The translations under genes were made by a program, and so were the position numbers. DNA of 63,844 nt, filler included, from Vannella sp. (lineage: Eukaryota): assembly GCA_023345925.1 (NCBI GenBank). It is 6 parts of 6 records of this genome, joined end to end, with 100 filler letters (N's around TTAATTAATTAA, not from the genome) between each part and the next. Parts side by side here need not be neighbours in the genome. Positions count along the whole stretch, not along the records: positions 9,095 to 12,853 come from JAJQQN010001327.1; positions 12,954 to 26,187 come from JAJQQN010001125.1; 4 more parts are not named here. One strand, written 5' to 3'. Shown here piece after piece: positions 12,387-24,300 of the stretch (position 1 is its first letter; the number at the start of each line of letters is the position of its first letter). The notes under the pieces were generated by a model, which worked only from the letters and a program-made list of their open reading frames with translations, had not been told where the DNA came from and did not search any database.

Positions 12387-12564
12387 GAACGAAACAAGGG
12401 CACACAGATTCTAACGCTTGAGCAGCAGAAAGAACACCAAGAGATGCTTGATAACACGGAGAACGAAACAAGGGCACACAGATTCTAACGGAGAGTAGCA
12501 GGAAAACAAGGAGTGTTTATAAAAGAACGGATTCAAACAAGGAGTGTTTATAAAGGAACGGATT
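12387..12564 (+). repeat. Two sets of ~30-bp direct repeats
   Basis: GAACGAAACAAGGGCACACAGATTCTAACG occurs twice (about 12387 and 12460). AAACAAGGAGTGTTTATAAA(A/G)GAACGGATT occurs twice in near-tandem (about 12504-12564). Confidence 0.9.
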
Positions 12565-12853
12565 GGCTTCTTATACCTTTAGGGTGTCAGTGATTGGCTA
12601 GATACTTATGAGCCAATCAATAAAACCCCAAGACAACAGATGCTGTAACCATGGGTATTTAACCTAACAATGCTGAACTGCTTTTTCACTCTTCAGGGAG
12701 GTTCCCCATTGCGGATGGAGAAATGGAGAAATGGAGAATTACGTAATAATGGCCAGTTTATTGCAATGCTTCAGAAGTACTCCATTAAGTGCTTTGGGGG
12801 ACGCCTCTTTCTTTCAGACCGCTGTGAGAGCTCAGAATAATCCGTTTCCGACC

Positions 12854-12953
12854 NNNNNNNNNNNNNNNNNNNNNNNNNNNNNNNNNNNNNNNNNNNNTTA
12901 ATTAATTAANNNNNNNNNNNNNNNNNNNNNNNNNNNNNNNNNNNNNNNNNNNN
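12854..12953. other. Artificial contig linker
   Basis: N44-TTAATTAATTAA-N44. Confidence 0.99.
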
Positions 12954-15900
12954 AGCGATGATAGATTTGCTTGATCTCTTCATTCAGTTCTTCCAGTCGT
13001 TGATCTCTCTTCGATAACTTATCTGCATGAGTCGCTATCAAGAGGACTTGCTGTCCTTTCACTCTTGACTGAAGAGAGTTGAGCCAATAGACGATATTAC
13101 CATGTTTCAGTGGGAGACTGGCGTTGAATACGATGAGATAAAGAGAGTTTGGGGCTAAGAAAAACTGGTGAGTGGTGTAATAGATCTCTTGCCCAGCAAA
13201 GTCCCAGAGAAAGATGGCCGCAGATTGGTCACGTGGCCTCCAGTAATGGACATCAATGCCATCGGTGACACCTTTGCGCTTTCGCTTCTTATTCTTGGAA
13301 GTGCTAGTATTGTTGGAACCCATGTAAGCCTCGTCAAAATGCTGGAGTTGGGATCCATTCCATGCATCTCCCACTAATCGTTTGACTATTGTCGTTTTAC
13401 CAGCAGCGGCCGGTCCAACGATGATAACACGAAGGCGTTTGAATTCTTGGTATCCTTGAGCAAGATCGTAAAGATACTGTAATGTGCGATCACTGGGTGA
13501 TTGAAAGCGCTCTGGAATCTGGTCCATTCTCAAGTTGAGAAGGCTTAGCATTCCTTGCCCGAGAGTGAAAAAGATCTGCTCTGCCTCGACTTTCGTGTTT
13601 TGGTTTGACCCGCAAACATCCATGATGATTTGAGAGGGATTGAAGGAAGGGTAATAGGATAGAATCTTGGCAGAGATAACCTGATGTCCGCTTTTGTAAG
13701 CTGATCTCAGAGGAGATCCTTCCTGATAGATTGAAAACCCTTCGCCAGCTGTCCTAATTTTCACACGAGGGTCATTCAGAAGCCGGTCGACAATTGATCG
13801 ACGTCCCAAGTCAGCAGCGTGGCAGAGTGCATAGGTATGCTCAGACATGGTATGCTCCCCTTTAAGATAAGAGACATAGCGCCCGCGTGAGTTCGGATCC
13901 AAACCCTGCCTCAAAAGGTAGTCTACAAGGAGAACTTCGTCTTTGAAGATAGCTATGGACAAAGCATCCACTTGAAGCGAAGACTTGACTTCAAGAGTTT
14001 CCTTTGAGCAGTATTTTGTGAGGAGAGGGAACTCTACCACTCCATTCACCTCAATAGACTGGTCACATTCTACCAAATGTAAGGTTGGTGTCATAACGTC
14101 CTCAGAGGCAGTGAGCGAGTATCGCCGAAGAAGAATATCAATAAGTTCCTGACTTCCAACTGAGCACGCGAGGTGCATTGGTGACTCGACGCGATACAAT
14201 TCATGGCGATCACTGCCAAACGAAGAAGTAGACAATTTCAAAGGGGAGTGCTCTGGAACAATATTTTGGGAATGCGCCAGTTGCAATAGAGTGTCGTTAT
14301 TGTCCTTCCTGGTATCTGAATAGCGAGTGTTCGTCTCGTTTAAGCAGGACGGATCAATCAAATCTACAAGAATCTCCACTACTGGGAGAGCGCCTGCCTT
14401 TCCATCGATATAAGCTTGTACTGCAGCGTAAATTGGAGTAATAAAATGGACGTTGTCACAGAGACAAGGTTGGTTGCAATTGATAGGGACAGAGGGCTTC
14501 TCTAGCAACATTCGAACAACGCGTTCGTCGCCATTTCTACATGCCCTGTAGAGTACTGTTGGGTCTCCTTCAACTTGCACCAAATTTGGGTTAATTCCTT
14601 CTCTTGATAGTAAAATCTCTAAGAGGCGCAGATCATCTGGATAGGCATCATAGCACGCCAAAAGCAATGTCTGTCCACCATCGCTCAGCGAATTAGGATC
14701 TACACGAGAATCACCAAGCAATTTGACCAGATCATCCAGAAGGGAGGGGTTCTTGCTGATTAACATGGAAAAGAGAAGCTGAGCAGCATCAATTGAAGCA
14801 AAAGCGTCGTAAAAGGACCGAGTGAAACCACCAGCAATGCGGGTAAGAAACTCGTAAGACGCTGGAGAAGGCTTAGCTCCATCTCTCCGTAAAACAGAAA
14901 ACAAGGCAAAGTTAGAGCGACAAAAAGCAAAGTCTATAGCTTGCATTCCGTCTACTTCTAAGTTTGATTTGCGGACAAAAGGTGAGCTGAGCAAAAAGTC
15001 TGTGATTCCGACTGCCTCAGCCCGGATGGCTATTTGGAGAGGTTGCCTCAGATTCAAAGGAGTGGGATTGCGCGTTGCCCCATGAAGTTCGATCAAATAC
15101 TTCACTAATTCCTCTTGACCATATTGGCATGCAATGACAGCACTGCGAGTGAAATGGGATAAGTCGCGGAGAATATTGACCGCCCATAAGTGGTCAATCA
15201 TTTCTTTACTGCCGCAGAAGCAACCAGCAAAGATTGCAATATTCAATCGTTTCTCATAGTCAACGACTTCATCGTGAAAATGGCACCCAGCCTTGAAGAA
15301 GTGCTTGATATAGCGGCGACACAAGTCAGGAGGGAAATTGATGGGAAAATCGTGAAGGAGTGCAGCCAAGGCACTGGGCTTTTTTACATTCGATCCTTTC
15401 TCGAGTAAAATATCAATAGCAGGAATATTAGCTACTTGAACAGCGCGTTGTAGTACAGACCATTCCTTATTTAGGAAGAACATGGATCCATTAGGATTCG
15501 CGCCTTTGCTCAAAAGGAGACTGACCATGTCTGCACCAGAAGAGATAGCAAGCCAAAGAGGGGGATATTTACATTGAGCTGAATCTACAGAATTGGGATC
15601 CGCTCTTTTCTCAAGTAGAACTTTTGCTACTTCAAGGTGGTTCATCTTACAAGCCAGTTGTAGAAAAGTTTTTGGAGTGACAATCTTGCCTGGCTTCTTT
15701 AAATTTACATAACTAACTGTCTGGTTAATGGCCATCATCGGCAAACGGTCACATAAGAGTCGAACAAAATTGACTTTGTCATGAAAAACCAACATCATTA
15801 GCACAGTAGGGGCGATGGAAAGCTGCGGAGTTCCATCGATAAAAAGAGCTTCAATGAGAGAAGTTGAGTTATTGGAGCAAACTTGATACCAAACGTTTTG

Positions 15901-17337
15901 GTTCAAATCGGTCGCGTGATGATTTAATGCTCGGCGGATTCCAATTCCACGGAGCAGCTTAAGTTGGTCAGCCTGAGCTGATGCGAGGAGACACGACGAA
16001 GTCTCTTTATCGCCCACCTGATTTGCCTTTAGTTGACGATAACACGAGACCGCACCTTCTGTTTCACCACAGAAGATATGTACCAAGTATTTCATCACTC
16101 CATGATCTTTTGGGCACTGTTTTTCAACATATTTGAGGACCGTTTCAATTGAGATAAGCTTTCCGAGCTGGCAAAGGACTGCTTTAGCCTTTACACGCTG
16201 GAAGATGTTAAGTTGACTGTGGAACTGAGACAAAACTTGGGTAAAAATGGGGATTATTTCGGATTCTGAAGCTTCCAGCGACTCGAGAAGAGCAGAGAGT
16301 GCCTCAAGGTGACACAACTGCGCACTAACTTGTAGAGCATTAGGTATCAAGGACCAGTCATCAGAAATGGACTCCAGACTGAAGCTTGAAAGAGTGTTGT
16401 TGAATCCGCCAGCTTGGTGGGCAGTTTCAATAAGACCTCCAAGATCCAATGGAGAGGCAATGTCACTACCACGTTGCCCTCTAGCACTGTTGCGCAAGAG
16501 ATTGACAGAGCTAGAACGCCGGAAGAGAGAGCTCTTTGTTGGCTTGAGGAATGTTGGTTGGTCCAATTTGATCCGCGCACCGTAGTGAAGCAGAGTGGTT
16601 ATCACATCTGCATGGTTCTCATAAGCAGCACACAGAAGTGCTGTTCCACGCATACTGAAGCGCTCGGGAGTGAGAAACTCGGAGAGCGGGTGAGCTTCAT
16701 TCAAGTACTCCGTCCCTTTACCTTTCTTCAAGCTATGGAGATGTCTACGAAGTGTCACGTGGTCTCCTACAAGGCTCCAAATCATCCAACGAGGGGTCAC
16801 GCAGTGGTCTAGAGCCTCGTCACCAAAGAACCTGAGAATCGCCTTTACAGCCTCCGTAGCGCCATACAGGAACGCTAGATCAAGTGCATTTGTCGTTGGA
16901 AGAAGCATCTTCTCGCTACACGTCACTCCCGCACCCAAAAGGAGCTCAATCGTGCCCACGTACTCTTCAACGTCCGGAAGAAGCTGCTGGATGGCAGGGA
17001 TCAGTGGATGGGATAGCTGTGCCCGCTTGATCGGTTCACCCTGATCAAGGAAGAACTTGACTAAGGCAAAGCGATCGCTCGTACGGTAACAAACAGCTTC
17101 GAGCAGGCTCTCGTAGGGGTGGCGTGTTGGGTGCTTGATTGTGGAGGCTTTGGGAACATATAACGATCCTTCTAAGAACTGTAGCTGCACCAGAGGCATA
17201 GCTAAGGTCTTGAGGTTCTCCAGAAAGGGTATTTGGGGGGAGGACCGCGGTTCTGCCTGACGTTGAGGAGAAGTTATCAGTGACGTCACTGGCGGCGCTC
17301 GTTTTGGCTTGATCCCCTCTCCACTCCTGAACAGCAT
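12954..17337 (-). CDS. Ankyrin-repeat Roco-type protein (ANK array + Roc GTPase), 3'-truncated
   Basis: Many ankyrin-like repeats over about 1250 aa, then Roc motifs GPAAAGKTT, TDGID, WDFAGQEIYYTTHQFFL and IATHAD. The ORF runs into the linker. Confidence 0.88.
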
Positions 17338-17610
17338 CTCGGCGCTTGTTCAAGATCAAAGTTGAAGGGCGACTCAACCAGACCAATCCACTATTTAATG
17401 CCGAACAGATAGAATAGGAAATGTTAAATCATTCAATAACAGAATTGTTCCACCAACAGTCAAAATCCATCAGTAACCCATTTGGGCTTCTGATTGGTTG
17501 AAACTTGGGATGGCGCGGATGGACTCAGCTCCTTCCCGCCAGAATTGATTCATTGATGCTTTCATAACTCTGTAATGATGAGAATAATTCTTTCTTTTGA
17601 ACGTCATTGA

Positions 17611-20306
17611 ATGGCGGTGGCGAGGGAACTGCGGGATTATTGGGAGTGCGGGAGGTTGCCGGCTGGTTATGAGGAAGTGTGGAGATGGAAGCGGCAACTG
17701 TGTGGTTTAGATTGGGTAGTAGGTCGTTCTTTGTCACTTGGTCAAGCTGAATTGGGGTCCCTGCTGTTCCCTGTGTTCTTAATGGAAGGTCCTGATCGCC
17801 CTTCTGACTTGGCGGAGCTGGTAGCTTCCCTCACTGGTGTGGAGTCTTCTCCTTCTGATGAAGTGATGCAAAAAGAGCTGGTTAGTCTTTACAAAGACCG
17901 AATGAAGGAGCTACTACTCTTCTGGACCGAAACAAAGAACCTTCAAGCAGCTTGGCATTGTCTATTTCACGCCCGAGCACTTTCCTCCATCTCAGAGGCT
18001 GCATGGGGAAGGCAGATGAGCTCAGCAACAGAAAACTTGATGCTCTTGATCTCGCTGCCCACCAGACTTAGCAATATCTTCCGGGAAGAGACTCCAACCG
18101 AGTTCACTCCTTCCCATTTTGTTGGAAACCTCCTCTCTCAGTTTGATTTCATTGCTAGCAGTCAAACCATACTTCAGGAGTGGGCTGTGATATTCCACAC
18201 GTTGGGAAGACTGATAAGCTGCTATCCAGAGCAAAGTGAGTTTTCCCTTTGCGGGTGAATAGTGACTGATTTCTAGTGAAGACCTTCTCATTGCTAAGGC
18301 AACAGCATCTTGGTGGCGAAAGTGGCCATTAAGTCGCTCGGTTCTGTATTATGTTGAAAAGAAAGCCCTTTCCTCTCTCCTTCTACGTTCTTTGAGCCTA
18401 TTCCAGCCAGATGGTACGTTTTTTGTAGCTTAAGAACAATTCTTACACTCTCAAAGAACCCTGGGGAGTTCAAGATGAGTTTGTGAACCTTCCAGATCCT
18501 CTTACGAAGGTGGCAGAGCAATCAACTGCGGGAATCTTAGCTCAAGTGATGAGCTCTAGCGACCCCGGAGATCCAAAATGGAGTATTTATCGCAATCACG
18601 TTGTATTGAGCTTGGTAGAATCGTCTCCGAAGCTACCGCATCATTCTCTCATGGCAGTAATCCATGGAATCTTCTCAAGCACATCTATAGGATGCGTTAA
18701 GTTACCTGAATTTCTTGATAACTCCATCAAGATATGGAGTAGCCAAGCTTTCCTCAGAAATGCAGCAGAAGATCGCCACGAGTACATCAGTAGGGCAATC
18801 TTGTATTGCCTCCAGTTATACAACGAGGGTTCTACAGCCCTCTCCTGCAGTGCTAATTTCAGCCAGATGTTATCCATGATTCTCCAAGGAGTTCAGAATC
18901 ATCTTGCAGTGCCAACACCCCAAACAAGGCGGTGGGGAATGGTAAGTCCTGACCTCTGTCTCCTTGTCCTGGTTGAAATTCTTCATTCTAACTTACCTTT
19001 CTGATAACAGATGATCGCAGAGCGATTCTCTCGTTATTGCTACTCTGAGAAGCAGCTCAAGTTTGATTATGAACCAATCTTTGATGTGATTGAGCGTCCC
19101 AATCGAGAAGAAGATTTCATTCCGAAGACTATTTCGACTCTCAGCAGTACACTCACTGAGAAAGAGTTAGATCCAACTGAAATATTAACGTTCTCCTCTG
19201 AAGAGGAAGATTTGCCAGAGGATGACGAAGGAAGTGACCTTTCATCGGACTTGAGCGAATTTGATTTGGAAGATGACCTTCACGATGTTCAGGATTTGGC
19301 CAGGCCAATCTACTTGGCGGATTGTATTCGCCTTCTACGTGATGTGGATAATGTTGATAGTATCATGGCTGCTCTGGATGTCCTCGAAAAGATTGTAAAG
19401 CGGTGCCCAGATGACTTACACGAAAGGTCTTTGGATCTGACCCGTTCTCTGCTCTTTTTGACTTTGAATGTGGACGAAGAGGAGGTCTATCAACAGAGAA
19501 TTGCTAGTATGGTCGCGCTAGTGGTACATAGCGTCGAGCAAACAGTTCCATTCCTTACCCAGGAGTTTTATGCAGTCAACCACAACCTCCAGAATCGTCT
19601 TGATATCCTTCGTGTGTTAGTAGCAGCCGCGCAGCAGCTAAGTGGAAAAGAAGTGCAAGAGGCTCAAGATCTCCCAGTTGCTGAAGTCGCTCCAAGCCCA
19701 TTTTTAGTGCTCTCTGAGACCGCTTCGGATGGATTCAGAAACCAAAGCGTTGGAAGGATGGTGAAAGTCCGCACCCATCCCTCTCAGCAGCTCTCTCTCC
19801 GCATCCAACAACATACTCGCCAATGGGGTTCATTAGAAAGAAGAGAGTCTGCAAGACCACTTGGCAAGGCAAATGCTTTTGAAAAAGTCTGTGGAGCCTT
19901 CTTTTTCCCTTTGGCCTCTCGCCACGACCAAAAGAACAATCATTTTAACTTACTTGGCGAAGACAGCATAGTCCTCGCACAATTAATCTTCTCTCTGGGA
20001 ATGTTTGTGGACTGTGCCTTGTGCCAAACGGAAGTTGGATGGAAGATGATTCCTCACCTTCTTGAGATGACTTGGACACTTCGGCTGCATCCTGAAGCTA
20101 CAGTCCGCCGCTCCATCTTTTTCTCCATTAACAGAGCTTTCCAACGATGCTCTAAACAGAGAATTCTCGGAGGAGACCTCGAAGGCCATGCAATCCGCTG
20201 GAAGGACTTTCTCGAAGAGAGTCTGGATTGCGAAGCAGACAAGCAGGCTCGCGATTTGATTGTAGCGGCTCTACTAGCTCTTCGAGACACTGTTCAAAGC
20301 AACTAA
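17611..20306 (+). CDS. TELO2: Telomere length regulation protein Tel2 (TTT complex), multi-exon
   Basis: HEYISRAIL, LQGVQNHL and RRWGM|MIAE, then an acidic SDLSEFDLEDD followed by RPIYLADCIRLL, QEFY..N..LQNRLDIL and NAF..VCGAFFFPL. Confidence 0.88.
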
Positions 20307-20396
20307 AAGGGGAGAAATCTCACAATCGCTCTCACTCTTCCTTCTGGTCTTCAGAGGAGCTCAAGGCACCGTGTGCTGTTGATAAGGGAGCTTCAT

Positions 20397-21332
20397 TTAC
20401 TTGTTTGGAGCGTTCCGCAGTGCCCACATGTGAACAGGGAAGAGGGATTGGCCCCAACGGCGTTGAGGAGTGTCGTAGAAGGTCTCTAGACCGCTCTGTT
20501 GGAAGACCTTTTCAAACTCCTGCTTACTCCTGATCACAAAATGTGAGAAAGTGATAAGAGTGAGGCACTGGAAGAGGATCTAACCGAGTAATGGAGGAAT
20601 CCTCCTCATCAAGGATGAAGTTCTCTTCGCAGACGTTCTCTTTGATCACAATGAAGCCATCTGGACTCAGAGAACGACCCAAGCGCTGTAGAAACGAAGC
20701 CAGGTCATCATCTGTCAAGTGACCAAGCACCCATTGAGCCCAAGCCACGTTGTAGGCAACTTCAGGCTGGAAGACGTGAAGGGACGAGCAGAAGTACTGT
20801 GAGGGGTAATCACCAATCGCTACTCTCGCTTCATCAAGTAAGGGCTGAGCAAACTCGACCAGATGGAGCTCATTGAAGTGTTTCTTCAGCAAACCGGTTG
20901 AAACTCTGCCCACTCCTGCTCCACAGTCTGTCTGCTTATGAGATCATCATAAAGAAGGGTTAAGAAAGTGGCTTGCCAAGAGATCTGGTCTGAGGAAGCG
21001 TCATCTTCTGCTTTGCTGAGCACCTTTGGAGGAACTCTTCGCTCTCTGTGAGATCGAGGACAGAGAGCTTCCCATAGCCTCCCATGACTTCCTTGAAGGT
21101 TAGTTTACTTGATAACGGGGTGCATGTGGCTTGTTCGCACCTCCCTCAATCGTTGCAGGGACGTTCTACTCCCAATCAAGGGTTAGTCTCCCTCCAAGCG
21201 TAGATCAAGCCACCACACCTCCCAGTAGTTATGCGCACGGTCATAGTACTCCTGATACGAACGTTCCCCTTCCCATATCGCCTTCTTGCTGATGGAAGAG
21301 CCATCCCCGCGAGTGCCGTTCTTCCCACTCAT
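20397..21332 (-). CDS. NTMT1: Alpha-N-terminal protein methyltransferase (NTM1/NTMT1), multi-exon with one GC-AG intron
   Basis: Spliced YWE|NVPATIEG|VMGGYG, SL|DCGAGVGRV, WAQWVLGHLTDDD, IKENV, DEEDSSITR|S and LFPVHMWAL. Stop TAA at 20397-20399. Confidence 0.92.
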
Positions 21333-21373
21333 CCAGAAAGCGCGGAAATGAAGAATGAAAGTTACTTTCTTCA

Positions 21374-24300
21374 TTAAACAGCTCCCACCAGCACTTTAGC
21401 CGAAGGCGCCCAATCCTGAACCCAATGGACGACGAAGTCCGGTGCGTCCATGACCGCATCGAGGCGCTTGCGTTGGGCGGCCGTCATGAACGGGCGGATG
21501 GTCTTGATGAGGTCAATGTCGTTGAGTGTGTGGGCGCTGCTGGGGCTGAGGTCGACGCCAAACTCTTTAACAAGATGAGGGACTTTCAACTGAAATGGAG
21601 TTAGAGGGAATGGCAAAGCGGGGAGGACGGCCTTCCTTACTATGTGGCCGTTGATGGAGATGTTGTTTTGGCAATAGAGGGCTGCTGCTTGTTGGAGGTC
21701 TCCCTTCAAAGAGTGAGGGTCCAGTCGGAAGACAGAAGGAGAATAGCTGGAAGAGAGTTAGCATAGGGACAGAGGAGAAGGTGACTTGGAACTTACTGGG
21801 AATGCTGCGAAAGGGCGAAGATAACACAGGGATCATAGATAATCTTGTCAAGGATAGCCAATCGAGGATCATCAGAAAAGAAGGGAATCTCGTTGCCTCC
21901 TGGGGAAGGGCGATTATGACGCAGCACTCCATGATGCATGTCCCACAAGGAATAGGCCACACCGCTAACAGTGTAATACGCAGTACGCTCAAGGTATCTC
22001 CACTCCCACACATTCTCTGGGAACTTCTCCAGCTCGACGTAGGCGTGGAGAAGCAGAGTATTGTAGAGATTAACGAACATGACTGTCGTCTGTCCTGCGG
22101 ACAGCTTCTCCATGCTGGACTTTTGCAGGAGGAAGGAAAGGCGCAAGAAATGCTGGAATTCATCACTCTCTTTCAGTGCTGTAAAGTCCACGTAGTTCTC
22201 TTTCTCTGTCAGATTAAGATGAATGAGTTGCAGTATCTGGTGGAGCATCAGTAATACAGTGTGCATGATATCTTCAGATTCTGTAGCATCGGACTCGTAG
22301 TCAATATTGAGCATTCCTCGAGACTGGAAAAGGTCTGGGATGGAGAACCAATGCTTCTCCGGGAATGATTCGATAAAGTACTGGAAGTAGCCTGGTGGAG
22401 CGCTCCTGCCGACTCTGCGGGTCAGGGCAGCGGACAAGTGAATGCCTTGTTGGGCAACCAGCACGACAGATGGATCCTTCAAGTAGTTTGACATCTTCCA
22501 TGCTGCTGCCATTTCTCCGATATAGCGAACCCAGATATCTCGTAGGTGCGTTGGATTCCAAGAAGACCAAAGAGAGAACAGGTACTCTCTCCCTCCTGAT
22601 CGATACTTAACGCAAGGTACTCCACCAGGGATGAGAAGTTGGTACGTATGAGGCTCAACGAACTCGATGTCCTCCAATCTGCTCTCCTTCACTATTTTGT
22701 GCTTTCCTTTCGATAAGAACATGACACGCTCTTGGGTAAGCAGAAGATAACCATTAGTACCACTGCGCGTTGACGCGCCAGTAGAGAAGATCACCGTTTC
22801 ATTCGGTTCTATTCCTTTGTCAGTTGTGGAATTGGGATACCAAAGTACTTACTTAGAAGGCTTTGATCTCGTTTCTGAATCTCCTCAGCCTCTTCAAGGA
22901 CAGCTTGAACACTTTGCAGGAACCGCAGAACATTCTTTCGGACGACCATTCCATCTTTGGTCTGTAGAACAATCGCCATCCTGAGTAGAAAGTAAGCAAG
23001 TTGAATAGAGCAAATAAACTCACTTGGAAATGATCACAGGGTCATCTGGAATGATCGCAAGCTGAATAAGAGAAATAATGACTCGTTGGATGATGACCTT
23101 GGTTGCATTAGGCTCTCCCATGTCCACTTTGCACATTCGTAGCTTAAAGTCATCGAGCGAGTTGGCACGTTGAGGACTGGCGTCAGCGAGTAAATGTGGA
23201 AATTCTGGATTTGAAGAAGTGCGCATGGAAGTGGCGGCCATTGCTCGCAAGTGCGCAGGTGAGGGAGAATCTACAAACTGCTCCTCTCTGGGAGTGGGAA
23301 TTTCCTCTTCATCTTCTGTCAAGTATTCGTCATCCTCGTGCTCATACAGTCTCACAGAGAACTTCCGATTCTCAGTGATATCCCGTGCAATCTTCAAAAT
23401 CGTCTCTCCTTTCTTCGAGACTCGGAGAGTCTCCAATTCAGCATCTTCAAAGAGATCCATCAGTGAATAGATGTAAATGTACGAGACAGATAACGGATTG
23501 AGTTCCATGGCATGCCGTACTGAGTCAAAAGCGAGACGAAGATACTTTCTATCTTTCAGGAAGCTGTACTGTTGCATTTGCAAGTGAGCTTGCAGTAAAA
23601 AGAGTTGGGGAGACTTGTCACTTTGTAAGGCGTGTCGAATGTCAAGAAGAGCGCTTGTGTTGTCAGGAATCGTGTTCGGGCAATCCAGATTGGGGAAATT
23701 ACGAGGATTCCAGTAGTACAGTGCTCCATCATTCGCTGAGTGCGGATTATTCATGGAAATGATAACATTGGGCCTCTTTCCATTGCTAGGGAAGGAGTGA
23801 GACATTACAATGTCAAAGATCTTTTGGAAGCTATCTTCAGGTTTGATCTTTTGCGACAATTGCAAGAACAAGCACAAACTGGTCTTGGCCTGCTCCGCAT
23901 TAGCAAGCTTCTGCGTGAAGATTTGGAACATGAATGTCTTGAGGAGCTGCTCCCAATAGGTCTGTAGCTCCAAGGTTAGATGTGGAATGAATGGCAGAAC
24001 CCTGCTAACCTTGTTCTGGGTAACTTGAGTGTTCAAATAGTATTCAATGTCAAAGACATCATCTGTGTCCTCAAGCTCCACGTTGATGAACTTGGGAATG
24101 TCCCGTAAAAGACAAACAAAGTACGAAAGAAAGCAAAGCCGAATGCGTTGGTCTCGTTTTGCCTCCTTTTCCTCTTGAGTTTCCTTCCCTGGACCTCGTT
24201 TTTCTATTTCTGAAAGCTCTTTGAGCTCTGGGAAGAGCACATCAGCAAGTCTCTCCCTGAGTATACGAATTGGACCTTCAGGAAGCTCTGGAAGAGGCTC

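Noticed and set aside
12387..12564. 30-nt direct repeats as a mini-CRISPR
   Set aside because: Each unit has only two copies, the similarity extends into the flanks, and the context is eukaryotic.
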